Below, one piece after another: positions 50,137 through 62,272 of a stretch of DNA of 64,000 bases; the first letter of the stretch is position 1; every line of letters begins with the position of its first letter. Source of the DNA: Eledone cirrhosa (taxonomy: Eukaryota); contig OZ024764.1 of the NCBI GenBank assembly GCA_964016885.1, positions 20,894,001-20,958,000 of the forward strand, in the 5' to 3' direction. The notes below the pieces were generated by a model, which worked only from the letters and a program-made list of their open reading frames with translations, had not been told where the DNA came from and ran no database searches. The translations under genes and the position numbers were made by a program.

Positions 50137-52594
50137 ATAAAATATATATATATAAAGAGAGAGAGAGAGAAACACACAAACATACACTACTGTATTACAT
50201 ATGTAAGGGGAGATAACTCTCGTTACATCCCCTCTTCTTTTTGATATACGTTCTTTAGTTACTTTGTACAATGGAATCTACTTTATTTTGTGTCCTAAGT
50301 AGATTTCTGTTTAATTATTTACGAGATTCACAATGATTCACGTAACCAAGTTACTTACATAGAGATATATTTCACATAGAATCACAACAAATGAAAATAT
50401 TAAGTCAACACTCTGTCAATCAGTCTCACATCACATGGGGTGCCGGAGTCTCCCTCTAATACTTTCTGAGACAGTCTTACCTCGAGTGATAGCAAGGCTA
50501 AGATGTTGGAACTACCAAACACCCTCATATGTATCACCTGACACCTCGGTAAGGAGAGCTGCCAACGATAACAAGAACCTCGTTGTCAGGGACCTATCTC
50601 CTCCAAACTTCTCCAACACCACAGACTAGAATATTCTACTCTTTATTCCCTATAAAATATATTTCAGTCTAGTCATTTGTCTTGTATCTTGTATATGTAT
50701 TTTCAAAACTAACTGTCACATTTGTAAGACCCCAGTTAGTGATGTTTTCGTCTCCCTCCCACATCCTACATGCTGTAGTAAAAGTGAGGGTCACTGCTTC
50801 TGCAGACGAACGAAATAAAAGTTATACCAGGTGATCTCTGTCAGGGTACTTAGCTTTTCAGGCAACTTAGCCTCCATATGACCCGATCTTACAGGGTACT
50901 CGATTGATCCAGCACCCTACTATTTCTACCAACAGGTTATATCGAGGTATCAAGTGATACTCTTTTCCAGTCAAGACCTCCTCTGCTGTCCTCTGCCTTC
51001 CCACTGCCCTGTTATTCTACAGACTCACGAAAGTGGACACCACCTGAGGAGGGAGTGGTTGGTGTAGTGGTCATCGCTGGCTATTGTCCGAGTGACACAG
51101 GTAAAATACACTACCTAGACTGAGGTGAAACGTCTACCGTCCATTCCTCACCACCAACACCTTACTTTCTCTATTTTAATTACATTTACTGTTTTCAACT
51201 TTATTTTTTTATTACAAACTTTACATAATTTAATTCGGTAAAAATATTTTACGTCACAAAAAAACCTTGAAGCATGCGCAGTGGTGCAGTTGTCGACTTC
51301 CTGTCCACGTGTTAGTCTTCCTACAACATCATTTAGACAACATTTCTGTAAATACTAAACACCTGAGACTATAATGTAAGTATTATGTCTATTAATATTG
51401 TAGATTTAAGCTCACTTTTCACATCACAAATATATATTTTCTTGTTTGTTTCATTACTGGAAATATAAAATGTTATCGTAATTATCTATATTTTACCTAC
51501 CTCTAATTAATTAAAGTGAAAACTTTTGTTGTTGCTGAAAATAAATTAACAAAACTAAATATTTAAATATTCTAAAGGTCGTTTTTATATTATGTGATGA
51601 TATAATTAATATATTTTATTACAATTGTATAAATTTACAGTAGAATAACGTTGTAAATATGTTTTAAATATATACATAAATAACATAAGTGTGTAAATAA
51701 CATTATAAATTGCTGGCAATTCCTTGAGAAAGACATTACAAATATATTGTCTAAACTGTGTATAATAATATAATTTATTGAACAATAATGATAAAGGAAA
51801 GAAAAACACAGTGGGAGATGGCAATTGACCACCAAACGAGGTAAACATTTTCAACTTTCCCCTTTTTTTGCTTTGTCCGAGACAACTCAAAATATTCTTC
51901 AAGGAACAGGATTTTCCATTCGGTTGGATCGAAGGGATTTTACCATTTATAATCTACGGAGAGGAATAACAGATGTTCGGAGGAAAAAAGAATTGTTTGT
52001 GGCAACAACGTAGGGAACCAACCTGGAGCAATTGTATCACACAATTATACTTTCCTCCTTAACATACACTTACAATTTTTCAAAATCAAACCCCCCAAAT
52101 ATAAAATATAAATAATTATAAATGGCGAGGAACCATCCCATCTCCATCTTGAAATAACCTGAATCTATTTATAGTCAGGTGTGACTGAAAGGTCAATCCA
52201 TACTTCCATTCTATTTCACAGAATTAGAAGCTTTGACCACTTGATAGAATTCAGGTCCAGTAATGTAATCACTCCGTAATTGTAAACATCTTGTATCACT
52301 ATCATTCAGGTTTTGATTTTACTTAAGTCTTGCCCATGTTTTTTTTTTTTTTTTTCTTTTTTACACAAACTCACAATTTCGGTTTTTACTGCGGATTTAC
52401 CCATGCGAACTATTACACAAACTCACAGCCTTAGATTTTGTATTTCTAGCGTTTTTATTTTCCTTCTCTTTGCATGTTCAGTGCTCTTTCTCTCCCACTG
52501 TATTTACCTGCCTCTCACATGACCACACTCCTCTCCACGCACTCACCATCTTCTCACTCCTTCTCCACCTTCCATCCCTCCCCTTGCTCAACCC

Positions 52595-55500
52595 TTACTT
52601 CCTCCTCGCGCACAGCCCACCTAGGTATTCGTTCAACCCGCCGGTGGCCCGATGTTTCGACCGAACTATTACCGGCGATTGCCGATTGCTAAAGTTGCCA
52701 CCACTTTAACCTAGTCCACTCTAGGTGGCGGTGGCATGCGTTGAACGACCAAGAGACCTGCTTGGTGGAACGACTAATGTGACAACCGGTCAGCCTTCGA
52801 CCTCTCATTCTCCACCAACTGCAGCACGCACGAGAGGAGCTAACTTGACCCCACCTACCCCTCCTCTCCTTCACGGCAGATTCCGAACGAATCCAACCCG
52901 GCCAACCACACCACCCCTACAACTGTTAGCTCACTACCCAACCCCCGCTTTAGTCCCACCGTTAGAACCACTGTTGTCTCCTTTACTGACTCACTCCCTT
53001 CACCGAATTCCAACGCTGGCCCTCTACTGCCGGCTGTTGCCAGCCCGCCACCTGATTGCACCATCTGTGCTCACACTAACCAGTACTTAAAGACAATTAA
53101 ATGTCACCTATGCCACGCAAGTTACCACAGAAGCTGTGTCGGCATCACCAAAGCTCAAGCCGAAAGGCTTCAACACTGGACCTGCCACTTCAGCTCCGAC
53201 TATTCCGTGGGGATGACCAACACTCTACCGACGACTTTCCACAACTCCGACGACTTTCCAAAGCTCGTTAACCGGACCCTTAAGGGAGCTCGGAACAGCT
53301 TTTCAGGTGCCCTCTCTAATTTACTGAAAAACGTTTGCTCGTCCAACAATAGTCTGGCAGAAATTGTTTTTGTTTCCCCTCATCTCTCTTCACGTGCACA
53401 ATGCGAACTCAGGTTCCCTCAAGTCCTCTCTCAAGCGGCAGTTCCAGCTGTTTGAGTCCACCCCAACCACGTCTCATCTCAGTTCGTCTCCGAGCTCGGT
53501 GTCCACCAACAGACAACCGGTAGACCTCAAGCGAGCCGTCAATGCAAAATTCAGCGAATTTGACATTAAAGGGGCTGTCCTCCCTTGCTCCATACAACTC
53601 TGACTCTCGTGAGCGTCTGAAAGAGAAGCACCCCCAGATGATCAGCAACACTGGCCCGAACCACCAAAATACTTGAGACCGGTTTACACCACCAATATCA
53701 TCAGAAAGGCGATTTCATCCTTCATCCTCAACACCTCAAGGATGGTATCTCCTTATCGGCCGGTGATGCCGGACTCGAGCTCTTGGAGAGTCTGACTCAG
53801 TTTGTGAATCAGTGAACGTTCTCCCGTTCATCCGCCCACTGTTCTTCGGTGCGAAGCTATTTGGTCTCACCAAGCCCAACGAGGACCTGCGCCGCATTGC
53901 GGTTGGCTGCACACCTCGCCGCCTCACTGCAAAGGCTTGATTGCTGTTGGTCTCCAACTCAGTGGCGGAGGAATTTTCCCCCATCCAGCTGTGGGTGGGT
54001 ACCAGGTTGGGATGTGTGGCTGCTGTCCACGCTGCCAGAGCATTTGCCAACTTGCCCTCCTCATCCCCCAAGGTCATCCTCAAACTTGACCTCAGGAATG
54101 CCTTCAACTCCGTCAGCCGTAACATCGTCCTCGGCTCAGTAAGAGAGAGGGTCCCACAGCTCTACCACTTTGCTTGGCAGGCTTATCGGGAGCCCTCCTA
54201 CCTCTCTTTCAGTGACCAGATCATCACCTCTGCCTCAGGAGTCCAACAGGGTGACCCACTAGGGACCCCCCCCCCCCCTCCCGCACTGGACATTGATGAC
54301 GTCACCAAGATGGGGGCTGAGTTGGACCTCAATGTCTGGTAGCTCGACGACGCCTGTTTGGGGGGAACTCTGGATATGGTTCTCGCCACTGCCAACAGGA
54401 TGGTGGAGGAGCTTGGCGCCGGGGACTCCAGATCAATAGCTCCAAATGTGAGCTCTGGATCCTCAACCACCCGGCTTCTTAACACCAACAGCTGATCGAC
54501 CTGTTCGCAGAGTCCTTCCCTTTCATCACGGTCCCTCCCCCATCGGCTTGGTGCTCCTTAGGAGCCCCAATCACAGACCTGGCCTTCGAGTCAACCATCC
54601 AATCGAAGATGGTTGGCCTTGAGCAGCTGCTGAGGAATATTGAAGATATCGAACCCCATCAAGGTTTCTTCTTACTCAGGAACTACCTGTCTATTCCTAA
54701 GCTTCTGTATCTGCTCAGGGTCAGCCCCTCTCACAGATTTCCATCCTGCCTCCAACGCTTCGACGACCTAATCTTCGAGAGACTCGAGTGTCTGGTCAAT
54801 GTTAGTAAGTGTTCGTACCTATCTCTCCCCTGCTTCCTTTCCTCCACCCAAGCTTGCAGCATCCTCTCCTCTCCAACATGGACTAGTTCCAACAGGGAGT
54901 TGTGTGAAGCTCTCCAGCAATGGAGTGAGTTGGGCTTGTCTCTTCCTGAGAAGGTGGAGGACAGTCGAAGTCAGAGAACTTGGGACAGGATACGTTGGAA
55001 TGCCACCTTCGACTCCCTCTTCGTCCTCTCAGATCAGTTTACAAGGTGCCGCTTACCATCTGCCAGCGCCAAATACTCCGGTGACTGGGTCGATGCCTTA
55101 CCCGTGGCCAACGTTGGAGGCCTACTCAGCCTGGATGAACTTCGTGTCTCCATCACCCTCAGAGTGGGAGCTGGCGTCTGCATGGGTTTGAGATGTGGCT
55201 AACTCCTCGACTCCACAGGCCCCCACAGTCTTTCTTGCTGCCTGAATGCCGGCCACTTTGCCCGTCACACGGAGCTAAACTTTATTCTGAAGAGAGCTTT
55301 GGCCCGGGCAAACATCCCCTCGGTCTTGGAACCATCTGGGTTGTCCAGAAGTGACGCAAAAGACCTGACGGCCTTACCCTGTGGCCCTGGTGGAGAGGCA
55401 GGTGCCTAATCTGGGACGTCACTGTTAGTGACTCCTTTGCTCTTTCCCACATCCTTGATGCTGTGGTAAGGACGAGAGCCACAGCTTCGGCAGCCGAGCA

Positions 55501-56047
55501 GAGTAAGACCCTCAAATACTCTGATCTGTCGGCCAGCTACATTTTTCAGCCTGTGGCTTTCGAGACGTTTGGGGGAGTCGGGCCGCTGACTGCGAGGTTC
55601 CTTTCCTCACTGGCGGCTCGCCTTATAGAGGTAACTGGCGAAATCGCGAGGGCGCTTGGCTGCTCCAGCACCTCAGCCTCGCCATCACCCGATGTAACAC
55701 TGCCAGTGTGCTGGCTTGCCTCAAAACTCATTAGAGAGGTTTCCCAGTACCCCTCGTTGCTGTCTTTTGCTCTGGTGTTGGCTCCGTTGTCCACCCCTTC
55801 CTTTACATTTTCTTTAATATTGCAACATTGAAGGAATTTATCTTTCATTGTATCATCCTTTATAGTGTTACCGAGGCATTTGTAATGTTATTTATATATT
55901 TAAAACATATTTGTTATGTTATTCTACTGTAAATTTATTTATATGCTCTGTTTATGTTTTCATTCTGAAGGAACTTATCCACTTGTGTTGATAGAAGTGA
56001 TGCTATGACTTTCCTCTAAGCATTGTGTCATTATAAACGTGAATAAA
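52595..56047 (+). mobile_element. Decayed CRE-like non-LTR retrotransposon (copy 4, RT core retained)
   Basis: KLDLRNAFNSVSR, GVQQGDPLG, W*LDD and RPDG. Colinear with 19290-22776. Confidence 0.85.
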
Positions 56048-56226
56048 TTGAATTTATAGTGTGATAATAGGCCACACCTCACACCCTAGGGGTTAACTAC
56101 ACACTGGCAGCATTACAACGGGTGATGGTGAGGCTAAGGTGCTGAAATAACCAGGTACCCTCACGGGTATCACCTGATGCCTCTGTAAGGTGAGGCTACG
56201 GTGCTGAAATAACCAGGTACCCTCAC

Positions 56227-56586
56227 GGAAACGACTAGATTTGTAGAAAAAGTAGGGTGAAAGTATACAAAGAGATGTAGTTTCACAGATCTACTCACAC
56301 CTCACGTTGGGTGGGAATAATTATTTTTCTTAGAATTCTTGCTATACCCCTTTTCCAGTATTTTTTCTCTGGACCCCTTAGATACTTGCGATAGACATTT
56401 TATTTCCCAGTATTAGGATTAGGGTTTCCGTTTTCAGGAAGAAAAGTCGATTGCAAACATCTAAGAGGTCGAGCAATGAAATTAAGGAAAGATAATTATT
56501 TCCCAGCCAACTGGAGAAGTGTGTAGCTCTTCTAAACTCCGATAATCCTGTCTCCCACTTCTTTATCTACAAATCTAGTCGTTTCC
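56227..56586. mobile_element. Foldback/MITE-like element (copy in unit 4)
   Basis: Same 21-bp TIRs as the other copies. Confidence 0.75.
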
Positions 56587-57579
56587 TGCTACTTTGTTCC
56601 CTGGGGTATGCCTTAGTATTTGACACCATCTATCTGTCTTACTCCCTAACTAGAAAGAAGTCAATCTGTTTCATGTGATTGGTAGGTTATTAGGTGGTTG
56701 GTAGGTTTCTTGAAGTGTTGCAAATGGTTAGTTCACTTGCATCACAAAATACAAGAAGCGTCACTCCTTCATCGTTTCTTGAGCCATAACCATGACCACC
56801 ATGTACCCCAGTGTATCCATCCTGGAGCTGTCCAACATGATTATTGAAGTCCCCTGCTATTATAACTAGGTCTCTGTCATTGTGGTTACCTCTACTTATT
56901 CCTTTTCTACATATGGAGCAGGACCACTTTCCTGAAGGTGTCAGGGTCTTCTCTCCTATCCATTAGCACTTTAGTTTTGGCTAAGTATATTCTCAGAACT
57001 TACCATTTCAAATTCTATATCTATAGCTGGTCATCTACATAGAGAAGTTTCCATAGACAGCCAGTCTTAAACCTCTCTGTTATGGCTTGGAGAACTATGA
57101 TGAACAACAGTGGGCTAAGAACTAAACCATGATGAACTCCTACCTGTACCTTCAATTCTTCACTAGACACACTTTACTGACAGCTTCTCACAAGCCATTC
57201 TTCTACACCTAATTTCCTTAACCCTTTAGTATATAAACTGGCCATATCTGGCCAGAATTCTCCCACATCTTTCTGTTCAAACTGGCCGTAATTAAATAAT
57301 AATAATAATAATGAAATTATTGTGTACAGTGCTCAGGTGCACTACAACTCATCAAAGGTGCATGTATAGTACATAGAATAATGTACAAATGTCAGGAAAA
57401 TGAACAGTGCATGAGTCATGATATAATAACAATAATGAAATATTGTGTATAGTGCCCAGGTGCACCACAACTCATCAAAAAAGTGCATGTACAGTACATA
57501 GGGCAATGCACAAACATCAGTAAAATGAACAGTGCACGAGTCATGATACACACGTGTGCATGTGTATGGAAGGGGTACA

Positions 57580-60345
57580 TCAGGTGTAGTTTTGGCGTAT
57601 TTCGGGAAGCTTGAGTGTCTTAAAGGATGCAGTGTCTCGGCAGCTAACAATTGACGCAGGTAGTTTGTTCCATGCTTCAGCAACTCTGAGCGTGAAAAAA
57701 TGTCTGCGAAAGTCATGGGAGCTGTGCTGTTTTCTTATCTTGTAGGCATGTCCACGTGTGTTAGACACATGGAGATCAAAGAGGCGCTCAGGGTTGCAGT
57801 TGGCGAGATGGTTAAAAACTTTGTAGGTATTCACCAAGTCCATTGCCAGACGTCGGAGCTTCAATGAATCCATGCCCAGGGAAGCAAGGCGTTCAGAGTA
57901 TGGTAGGTGTCTGATGGAGGGTATGCGCTTGGTTGCACGTCTCTGAACAGTTTCCAGGAGGTCAATGTTCCGAGCAAGATAGGGGTTCCAGACTGATGAT
58001 GCGAATTCCAAGTGTGGTCGCACCATAGCTGTATACAGTTTTAAATAGATGGCTGGAGAGCGGCTAACAAAGGTCTTGCTGAGTGATGCCAAGACATCCT
58101 CGGCCTTCTTGACAATCTTAGAGATATGCTTTGTCCAACGCAAATCGTTGCTGACAGTAATGCCCAGGTCACGTTCACAAGAGGACTTTTTGATGTCAGT
58201 GTTGTGGAGGGAGTATGTGGACGCTGGATTTTTCCTTCCAAAATGCATGGTGGTACACTTGTCCACAGCCAGCTTCAGTTGCCAGTCTGTGATCCATTGC
58301 TGCATTGTGTCCAGGTCTGATTGTAGGAAAGAGTTGTAAATTTCAGGATCAGTCCTTTTGATTTCAAGGTACAGCTTGATGTCATCTGCATATTTTAGTA
58401 CCGTGGCATTCTGTAAGTTGGCATCTATGTCATTAATATATGCCACAAACAAAAGAGGACCAAGAACAGATCCCTGTGGTACACCAGATGACATCTCATA
58501 TGGTGAAGAATGCTGTCCTAGAACCGTGACTACTTCCTTTCGGCTGAGAATGAAGGATTTCAGCCAGTCGAAAAGATCATCCCTCACACCCATTGCAGAG
58601 AGTTTTGCCATAAGTCTTTTGTGTGGCACAGAATTAAAAGCCTTAGCAAAGTCAAGGTAAACAACATACACCCATGAGCCGCTGTCAGTGATCCGGGTGA
58701 TGTCCTCAAGGAACTCGATAAGCTGATCACAGCAGCTGGAGTTAGGGATAAATCCAAAGTGTGAGGACCGGATGAGGCTGTGAGAGCTCCAGAAGTTCCA
58801 AAGTGTTTCTCTGACACAGGATTCCATCAGTTTGGCCATACAGCTAGTAAGACTGACTGGACGATAGTTGACAGGTGACATGCGGTTGCCCTTTTTGAAC
58901 AGGGGAATGACACTGGCAGTTTTCCACTGCTCCGGAGTAGCACCATTGCTGAGACAGTATTGAAAGAAAAAAGAAAGCTGGCGCAAAAGGAAATCCCCGC
59001 CACGTTTGAGAAGCAGGTATGTAACACCATCAAGACCAGGGGAGGCATAGTTGCACTTATTCTTAAGGTGACGTCGCAACATTGCAGGTGTAAATTCCAT
59101 AGTTGTTATGGAATTTGATATTAGAGATGGTGGAGATGGTACATTCTGGTTTTCAACAGTAAAAATACTTGCATAGCACTCAGCAATAAGTTCTGCGCAT
59201 TCCTTGGGATCGTCAGTGATCTGGCTTGTGTGGGGATTGCGAAGAGGACCAACTGGAGAGTGAGGTCTCTGCTTTGAATGAACATATTTCCAGAACACCT
59301 TACTGTCAGGATTGGTTGTGATGCACTGTTCAAATTCAAGCACTGCCTTCTTTGTCACTTGCTTGAGATGGTTAGAAGATTTATTCCGCTTTTTTCTGTT
59401 GGCATCTGATTTATGCAGTTTATATTCCCGTTCAGCGTTCCGACGTTCTTTCCTGGCAAGTCGGACTGCTGAAGTTTCCCAGATTGCACTTTTGGGGTGG
59501 TTATTTTTCCGCTTCCGTGGCACTGATGCTGCACACGCTATCCATATTGAGTCCAGGATGCTCTGGAGTATAGAGTTCACATCTCCAGAGTTATACATCT
59601 CATGCCAGTTTGGGCGCTGTAGCTCAGTGCAGTACAAGTTCCAATCCGCCCTCTTCCAATCAAAGCAAGCAGATTGGAGATGGCTCTGGTTTTTGTTGCT
59701 GCCCTCAAGTGCCAGATTGGCAATGATCATAGCATGATCAGAGTCGCCTAGAGGTTCCTCAGTAGTACAACTGATAACCACTTCAGGAGTAGTGGTGAAG
59801 ATCAGGTCCAAAGTGTTGTCACCTCTTGTTGGAGAGGTGACTACTTGTGACCAGTTTGAGTCCAGCACTAGTTCAAGGAAATCGTTTGCACCCTGTGGCC
59901 AACGAAAGGTTTCCCAATCGATCTCAGGATGATTGAAGTCACCTGCAATAAACACATGAGTGGCTGTTTTCTTGGCAGCAACTCTGAGGATATCGCAAAG
60001 CTGTGTGTCCTGATGGTAGTTTGGGGGGCGATAAACAACACCAAGCAGAAGTGTTGACATGGTCATACGTATGTCACAGAAAAAAACTTCTTCCTGTGAT
60101 TCGTTCAAATCAACGCAAGGAATTACCGAAAAGTTTGAACGAACGTAGACCATCACACCACCACCACGGCGGTTAATGCGGTCCTTGCGGAAAAGGTTGT
60201 ACCCAGTAATGGTGAAAACCCCATCACAGAGTAAGGAATGTGCCCATGTTTCCGTGACTGTGATGAAGTCAGGGTCGATGCTTCTGACGTAGGATTCGAA
60301 CAGATGTATCTTGTTGCATAAACTGCGAGCATTTAAGGACAACAA
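57580..60345 (-). CDS. LINE ORF2: AP endonuclease plus reverse transcriptase (no ATG at the N-terminus)
   Basis: LNARSL, VTETW, YRPP, GDFN, LDL and SDH, then RT with YADD. The 921 codons are open, and the frame stays open upstream into the end of ORF1. Confidence 0.95.
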   Translation of the reverse strand: MLSLNARSLCNKIHLFESYVRSIDPDFITVTETWAHSLLCDGVFTITGYNLFRKDRINRRGGGVMVYVRSNFSVIPCVDLNESQEEVFFCDIRMTMSTLLLGVVYRPPNYHQDTQLCDILRVAAKKTATHVFIAGDFNHPEIDWETFRWPQGANDFLELVLDSNWSQVVTSPTRGDNTLDLIFTTTPEVVISCTTEEPLGDSDHAMIIANLALEGSNKNQSHLQSACFDWKRADWNLYCTELQRPNWHEMYNSGDVNSILQSILDSIWIACAASVPRKRKNNHPKSAIWETSAVRLARKERRNAEREYKLHKSDANRKKRNKSSNHLKQVTKKAVLEFEQCITTNPDSKVFWKYVHSKQRPHSPVGPLRNPHTSQITDDPKECAELIAECYASIFTVENQNVPSPPSLISNSITTMEFTPAMLRRHLKNKCNYASPGLDGVTYLLLKRGGDFLLRQLSFFFQYCLSNGATPEQWKTASVIPLFKKGNRMSPVNYRPVSLTSCMAKLMESCVRETLWNFWSSHSLIRSSHFGFIPNSSCCDQLIEFLEDITRITDSGSWVYVVYLDFAKAFNSVPHKRLMAKLSAMGVRDDLFDWLKSFILSRKEVVTVLGQHSSPYEMSSGVPQGSVLGPLLFVAYINDIDANLQNATVLKYADDIKLYLEIKRTDPEIYNSFLQSDLDTMQQWITDWQLKLAVDKCTTMHFGRKNPASTYSLHNTDIKKSSCERDLGITVSNDLRWTKHISKIVKKAEDVLASLSKTFVSRSPAIYLKLYTAMVRPHLEFASSVWNPYLARNIDLLETVQRRATKRIPSIRHLPYSERLASLGMDSLKLRRLAMDLVNTYKVFNHLANCNPERLFDLHVSNTRGHAYKIRKQHSSHDFRRHFFTLRVAEAWNKLPASIVSCRDTASFKTLKLPEIRQNYT

Positions 60346-60401
60346 TTTGTACCCTGCTCGCAGTTTATGATGGTGTGTAGAGGGTGGCAGGTTGTTCTGG
60401 T

Positions 60402-61769
60402 TTAGTTTCCCAGAGTTGTAGCAGTTTTTACATTGCCAGTTATTGTGGGTAGATCACACTCAGACCAGCTGGTATCTCTCTTCCACGTTTCACCAGCCTT
60501 GACAAACCTCCAGATCTGCCCATCATCACGCAGACTGAAACTTTCATCTTGTGCTGAGTTGCGATTCAAGGAAGCTGCAGCACGTAGTTTTGGACGTACA
60601 TGGGGTGGTAGGCCTGGGCGTGTTCGGAAGGTAATCCGATTTTCACGCCCAGCTTTAGCAGAGGCCAGATGATATGAGGTTGCCTCTGCGGGGTCCGAGA
60701 AAGACAGCCTGATGAGTCTGGGTTTTGGACCAGGTCGACCAAGGCGGAGGGCACCCTTTGGGGGAACACAGCCTAGGTCTTTGGCCGAGCTGGCAGCAAA
60801 TGCCTGAAGATCGGCCTTGTCTTCTGGTACCCCAATGGCAATCACTTCATGGGTAGTAGATTCCGCAGTCTTTTCAGTCTTTCCAGCAAGAGGTACAGGG
60901 AGATTCTTTAGCAAGGCATTCCGATAAGACCCCTCATTGTGGGGTCCTACCCGAATGCTTGCCTCTATTCCTGCAACTTCCCTTCTCAGAGCAGAAATCA
61001 TTAGTTGCAGTTCCGCAAAATCTGTACTGGTCGGTTGTTGTTGTTGTTGCTGCTGCTGCTGCTGTCGTTGTTGGTGATGATGATGTTCCTCCACGGGAAT
61101 GGCAGGGGAGGACACAGTCGCAGGTTGTTGATGTTGTTGTTGTTGGTGATGATGTTCCTCCACGGGAATGGCAGGGGAGGACACAGTCGCAGGTTGTTGC
61201 TGTTGTTGTTGTTGGTGATGATGATGTTCCTCCACGGGAATGGTAGGGGAAGACACAGTCACCAGTTGTTAGTGTCGAGATGTACTGGGAGTGGAAGACA
61301 TGAGTTGTTGTTGTTTCTGATGTTCTCCCACAGGAATAACAGTAGAAGCCAGTGTCATAGGTTTTTGCCGTTGTTCAGTAACAATGGTAGAGGAAGACAC
61401 AGTCATTGGTTTTTGTTGTTGTTGTTGTTTTTCAATAACATCAATAACATTCGTGGAGGCAGGCACACAGGCCAGACACTGAAAGGACCAGGATTTTAGC
61501 TGGACCATCTCCCATATTCCATCCATCATAGCATTATGATGTCTCTTTTTTGGGCCTGGGATCCTCCGGAAGCCTGTGGCGCATTGAAGGCAGACAGAGA
61601 TGCGACAGGTTCCACATTCGACCCAGCGATTACGGAACGAGTTTTCGGGTTCCGCACAGATATGGCAGATGTGATTTTCTGGGCAATGTTCTATCTTGGG
61701 ACATCGGCCGGTTTTGTCGCATATTTCATCGATGGATATCACCATGGCAATTTTGTTATTTCTACCCAT
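60402..61769 (-). CDS. LINE ORF1 (PHD-like Cys finger, Q/H-rich repeats), interrupted by one in-frame TAA at 61269-61271
   Basis: The two listed ORFs are in the same frame (CAC TAA CAA CTG GTG). They contain CHIC..CGTC..CLQC..CLAC and RLG....KPRLIRLSF. Confidence 0.82.
61030..61432 (-). repeat. Coding tandem repeat in ORF1 (TVSSPAIPVEEHHHQQQQ)
   Basis: Three close and about three degenerate ~63-66-bp units with CAA/CAT runs. Confidence 0.85.
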
Positions 61770-62272
61770 CCGTAGAAAAACACAGAATGTAAACAATATA
61801 GGTTTAGCGCACTTGATTACGATAGAAATAAAATGTCTGTTTTTTTGTGTATTTTGTTTCCGTTTTCCTAAATGTTGTGTGCGTACAGAAGAGTCTGAAT
61901 TACATTACATGTAAACAAATAAATATGCTGCGTAAGTTAAATGAAACGTACTGTAGAAGGCAGTTGTTTATTAACAGCGAAATAAGGTTTTTTTTTTTTT
62001 TTTTTTTTTTTTTGCAGGATAGAAATATAAGGTTGCACTTACCAATGAAACGGTCGTAAATACCTGGATAAAATCCTTCTCTTAATGCTTACCTGTGTTT
62101 TCTCTTTTATACTATATATATATATAATGGGTGGAGTCTTCGATTGAGGGTGGAGTCTTCGACTTGGCCTGAGCATGGACTCAAACTCAAATGAAATGAA
62201 ATGAAATGGAATACTGTTGGCTTTTTGCTACAATAATTTCTATATTCTTCATTTATATATATATATATATCT

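Larger units (their letters stand above)
36494..51224 (+). repeat. Segmental duplication unit 3 (type A)
   Basis: Shares with unit 1 the CRE deletion, the 605-bp exon deletion, the retroposon insertion and the hAT relic. Confidence 0.9.
51225..57291 (+). pseudogene. Unit 4: truncated ZNF gene (promoter, exon 1 and partial intron; no coding exon in the window)
   Basis: Promoter motifs at about 51249-51311 and the donor at 51376. Homology to the other units stops at 57291, inside the piggyBac-like MITE that starts at 57222. Confidence 0.8.
57292..61987 (-). mobile_element. Near-full-length CR1-clade LINE
   Basis: 5' UTR, ORF1, an open ORF2, 3' UTR and an (ATT)n tail at about 57297-57312. Confidence 0.94.

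Noticed and set aside
58049-61499. Plus-strand ORFs overlapping the LINE (including the poly-Leu and poly-Val ORFs)
   Set aside because: They are antisense shadows of ORF1, ORF2 and the CAA/CAT repeats.
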